Part shown: positions 61,717-64,000 of the stretch, one piece after another
Layout: every line of letters begins with the position of its first letter
Numbering within the stretch: the first letter of the stretch is position 1
From: a virus
Virus record (IMG/VR): IMGVR_UViG_3300029661_000108
Length of the DNA: 64,000 nucleotides
Strand: one strand, 5' to 3'
Notes under the pieces: model-generated
Databases searched by the model: none
The model's input: the letters and a program-made list of their open reading frames with translations, nothing else
Told to the model about the DNA's origin: nothing
Program-made: the position numbers and the translations under genes

Positions 61717-62964
61717 ATGTTAACAGCGTTTGATGAGAAAGCGCAAAAAGCAATTGTCATTGCAGAGAGTATTGCTTTTGATTTAGGACATAGTAGTGTA
61801 GGAAGTGAACATCTTCTCTTATCTCTTTTGAAGATAAAAGATTGTCCTTTTTCTAAGATATTAAAGACGTATCATGTTGATGATGAAATGATATATGAGG
61901 ATGTTGTAAGGTTGTTTGGTGAAAAAGATATTCAACCTTTTTATATGGAGTACAGTGAAGTCGTAAAGAAGATTTTAGAAGATGCTATGAGTATGAGTGA
62001 AGCGAAAAAAGAAAGTAAAGTTTCTTTGAATACTTTATCAATTGCTATGTTACTACAAAAAGAAAGTGTAGCTGTGGTATTACTCAACAATTATCATGTC
62101 CCCTTTGATGAAATTAAAAAGGAACTAGAGGAAAAAGAAAACATGGACGATATTAAACTTGGTCCTTGTGAATCCTTTGCAACGATTCTTCAGCCATCTC
62201 GCAAAAAACTTATACTTGAAAGAAATCAAGAGGTTAAGGATATTATAATTAGTCTTAGCTGCAAAGAAAAAAGTAATGTTGCTTTAATAGGTAAAGCAGG
62301 TGTTGGAAAAAGTGCAGTTGTAGAGGAGTTGGCGAGAATTTTGAAGTATTATCCACCAAAAAATCTTGATGGATACCAAATTGTTTCTTTTAACTTAACT
62401 GCTGCAATGTCTGGAACTAGGTACAGAGGAGAATTGGAAGAAAAAATAAATAAACTGCTTAATATAACAAGAGATAAAAAGGCCATTATCTTTATCGATG
62501 AAGGGCATGATATTTTAAAAAGTGGAGCTACTGAAAGTCTATCCGTCTCTGATATGATTAAACCTGTTATGGCAAGGTCAGATTATAAGTTTATCGTAGC
62601 AACAACAGAAGCTGAGTATAATCAGTTTATTCAAAACGATGCAGCACTCAATAGACGTTTTAGACAGGTGACTATAAGAGAACCTGAAATAAATAAAGTG
62701 AAGAGGATGATAACTAAAAAAGTTGAGGATTATTCTAAATATCATCACGTATCTATAAAGGATTTAGACATTGATAATATTATTGATTTGTGTATAGATA
62801 TTCCAGATAGATACTTTCCAGACAAAGCCTTGGATGTTATAGATTATGTCATGGCTTATTGCAAATTTGAGAATAAAACCGGATTTGATATTCAAGTTGC
62901 TAAAAGATATATAAATTCTCTTAAGGGGTATCCTTCTGTAGAGAGTGAAGTGTTACTAGCATAA
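61717..62964 (+). CDS. Clp-type AAA+ ATPase fragment (Clp N-domain repeats plus one AAA module, 415 aa)
   Basis: Clp_N-like repeats (GHSSVGSEHLLLSLL), Walker A GKAGVGKSAVVEELA, Walker B IIFIDEGH; stops after the first nucleotide-binding domain. Confidence 0.6.
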   Translation: MLTAFDEKAQKAIVIAESIAFDLGHSSVGSEHLLLSLLKIKDCPFSKILKTYHVDDEMIYEDVVRLFGEKDIQPFYMEYSEVVKKILEDAMSMSEAKKESKVSLNTLSIAMLLQKESVAVVLLNNYHVPFDEIKKELEEKENMDDIKLGPCESFATILQPSRKKLILERNQEVKDIIISLSCKEKSNVALIGKAGVGKSAVVEELARILKYYPPKNLDGYQIVSFNLTAAMSGTRYRGELEEKINKLLNITRDKKAIIFIDEGHDILKSGATESLSVSDMIKPVMARSDYKFIVATTEAEYNQFIQNDAALNRRFRQVTIREPEINKVKRMITKKVEDYSKYHHVSIKDLDIDNIIDLCIDIPDRYFPDKALDVIDYVMAYCKFENKTGFDIQVAKRYINSLKGYPSVESEVLLA

Positions 62965-62993
62965 ATAAAAGTGAAGCGTGAGGAGGATAGAAT

Positions 62994-63185
62994 ATGAAGT
63001 ATGTATATTTGGAAGTCTCAAGCAAAAATGTGAAGTCTAAAGTTCATCTCACATTTAAAAATATTATTGAAATGATTACTTTTCTTAATGAACCCAAAAA
63101 CAATCTTGAGTTGGTCAAAGAAATAGTAGATAGCTGTGGAAACCTTAGAGGATTTTTAACAAAGGAGATAGTGACAAAAGATTGA
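62994..63185 (+). CDS. hypothetical small protein (63 aa)
   Basis: ORF with SD GAGGAGG upstream. Confidence 0.3.
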   Translation: MKYVYLEVSSKNVKSKVHLTFKNIIEMITFLNEPKNNLELVKEIVDSCGNLRGFLTKEIVTKD

Positions 63186-63227
63186 TTTTGAAATAAATTT
63201 AAGAAAACATGAAAAGGAGGAAAGATA

Positions 63228-63665
63228 TTGAAAGATACATATAAGTTTAAACTTAAGCTTGTTAAGGAACAGACATTTAGATGTATTCATATGAACAAAT
63301 TGGATAGAATTAAAGAGTTTTTAATTAACGATATTCATTTATCAAAAGAAGCAGAAGAGGTTGTTCTTTTGATAGGGTTGGATACTCAATTAAATATGAC
63401 TGGATTTTTTGAAGTGTCACGGGGAAGTATTGAGGAATCTCTGTGTGTTCCAAGAGATGTTTTTAAAAGGCTTTTATTAGCAAACGCTTCTGCATTTGTA
63501 ATAGCTCATAATCATCCCAGTGAAAATCTAGAACCTTCGCTTGAGGATATAAACAATGCTAGGGCATTAAGGGAAGCTTCAGAGATTATGGGAATAAAAA
63601 TGGTGGATTATCTTATAGCTGCTGGAGATAATATCATTTCCTTTAAAAAGGAAAATATTTTTTAA
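63228..63665 (+). CDS. RadC-like JAB/MPN domain protein
   Basis: HNHPSENLEPSLEDI (JAMM-like HxHPS...S..D) characteristic of RadC; TTG start after AGGAGG. Confidence 0.7.
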   Translation: MKDTYKFKLKLVKEQTFRCIHMNKLDRIKEFLINDIHLSKEAEEVVLLIGLDTQLNMTGFFEVSRGSIEESLCVPRDVFKRLLLANASAFVIAHNHPSENLEPSLEDINNARALREASEIMGIKMVDYLIAAGDNIISFKKENIF

Positions 63666-63714
63666 ATGAAGAATAATCAATACAGTCAGATTAAAGAAGA
63701 GCGAGGTATAAAAT

Positions 63715-63915
63715 ATGAAAACAAAAAATATAAAAGTATCAATTGAAATAGAGAAGCCTAGAAGGTGTGGAGAATGTCCATTTTTTTCATATCAGGAATA
63801 TAGATGTCATAATGAGTGGGGATATGAATCATGCTGCAGTTTAGGCTTCATGAATGATGATATGAGAGAACGAGACTATTCAAACAAACTATATGAGAAA
63901 TGTGGTTTAAAATAA
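63715..63915 (+). CDS. hypothetical Cys-rich small protein (66 aa)
   Basis: ORF with CGEC...C...CC pattern. Confidence 0.3.
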   Translation: MKTKNIKVSIEIEKPRRCGECPFFSYQEYRCHNEWGYESCCSLGFMNDDMRERDYSNKLYEKCGLK

Positions 63916-64000
63916 AAACTTTGTTTTCAAATATATGATAAAATATAAGAGTAATATAAACGAAGTAGGACTATTTCCATGAGGAAGTAGTCTTTTTTTA

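Noticed and set aside
1-64000. CRISPR array, rRNA genes, IS elements or transposases
   Set aside because: No spaced short direct repeats, no rRNA-like conserved blocks, and no DDE, Tyr or Ser recombinase motifs were found in any long ORF.
1-64000. Alternative genetic code (TGA or TAG recoding, as in some megaphages)
   Set aside because: Long, uninterrupted ORFs with recognisable full-length domains (topB, FtsH, helicase, vWA) are obtained with the standard code. The tRNA-Trp has anticodon CCA, not UCA.

Overview
The window is AT-rich (roughly 30% GC) with Firmicutes-like codon usage. I read it as part of a large mobile replicon, most likely a jumbo phage or phage-plasmid, rather than core chromosome. 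That reading is an inference from gene content; no integrase or structural genes are visible here.

Main content:
- A minus-strand tRNA array at 35.9-40.1 kb with at least 24 tRNA or tRNA-like genes.
- A plasmid-like partition and replication module: ParA, ParB, a replication-initiator-like protein, and a repeat-rich non-coding region between them.
- A DNA-metabolism toolkit: topoisomerase III, a UmuC-like Y-family polymerase, two DnaQ-type exonucleases, a RecD-like helicase, a RecJ-like DHH exonuclease, a RuvC-like protein, a RadC/JAB protein and an NrnA-like DHH/DHHA1 phosphoesterase.
- Host-physiology genes: an FtsH-like protease, signal peptidase I, an A24 prepilin peptidase, flotillin, a PP2C phosphatase, a SpoVS-like protein, an HD-GYP-like protein and a Clp-type ATPase.

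Unusual items:
- A small-ORF cassette present twice on the same strand (12.5 kb and 25.0 kb). Each has an SD site, a conserved hairpin, a hydrophobic peptide ORF with mostly synonymous differences between copies, and an intrinsic terminator. It resembles a type I toxin cassette.
- The two copies bracket a 12.5-kb accessory block: HTH regulator, AAA_5 ATPase, vWA protein with an HExxH motif, DEDD exonuclease, NYN nuclease, nucleotidyltransferase and the Y-family polymerase.
- A zinc-less SIR2-like protein next to a TerD-domain protein.
- Four tRNAs whose anticodon loops, as I parse them by hand, carry C33 instead of the near-universal U33. There is also a tRNA acceptor/T-arm minihelix fragment.
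- A 14-bp motif GGGYTAnnTAACCC repeated around the par/ori region.

No rRNA, CRISPR array, integrase or transposase was recognised. All domain calls come from motifs read by eye and need HMM or BLAST confirmation.
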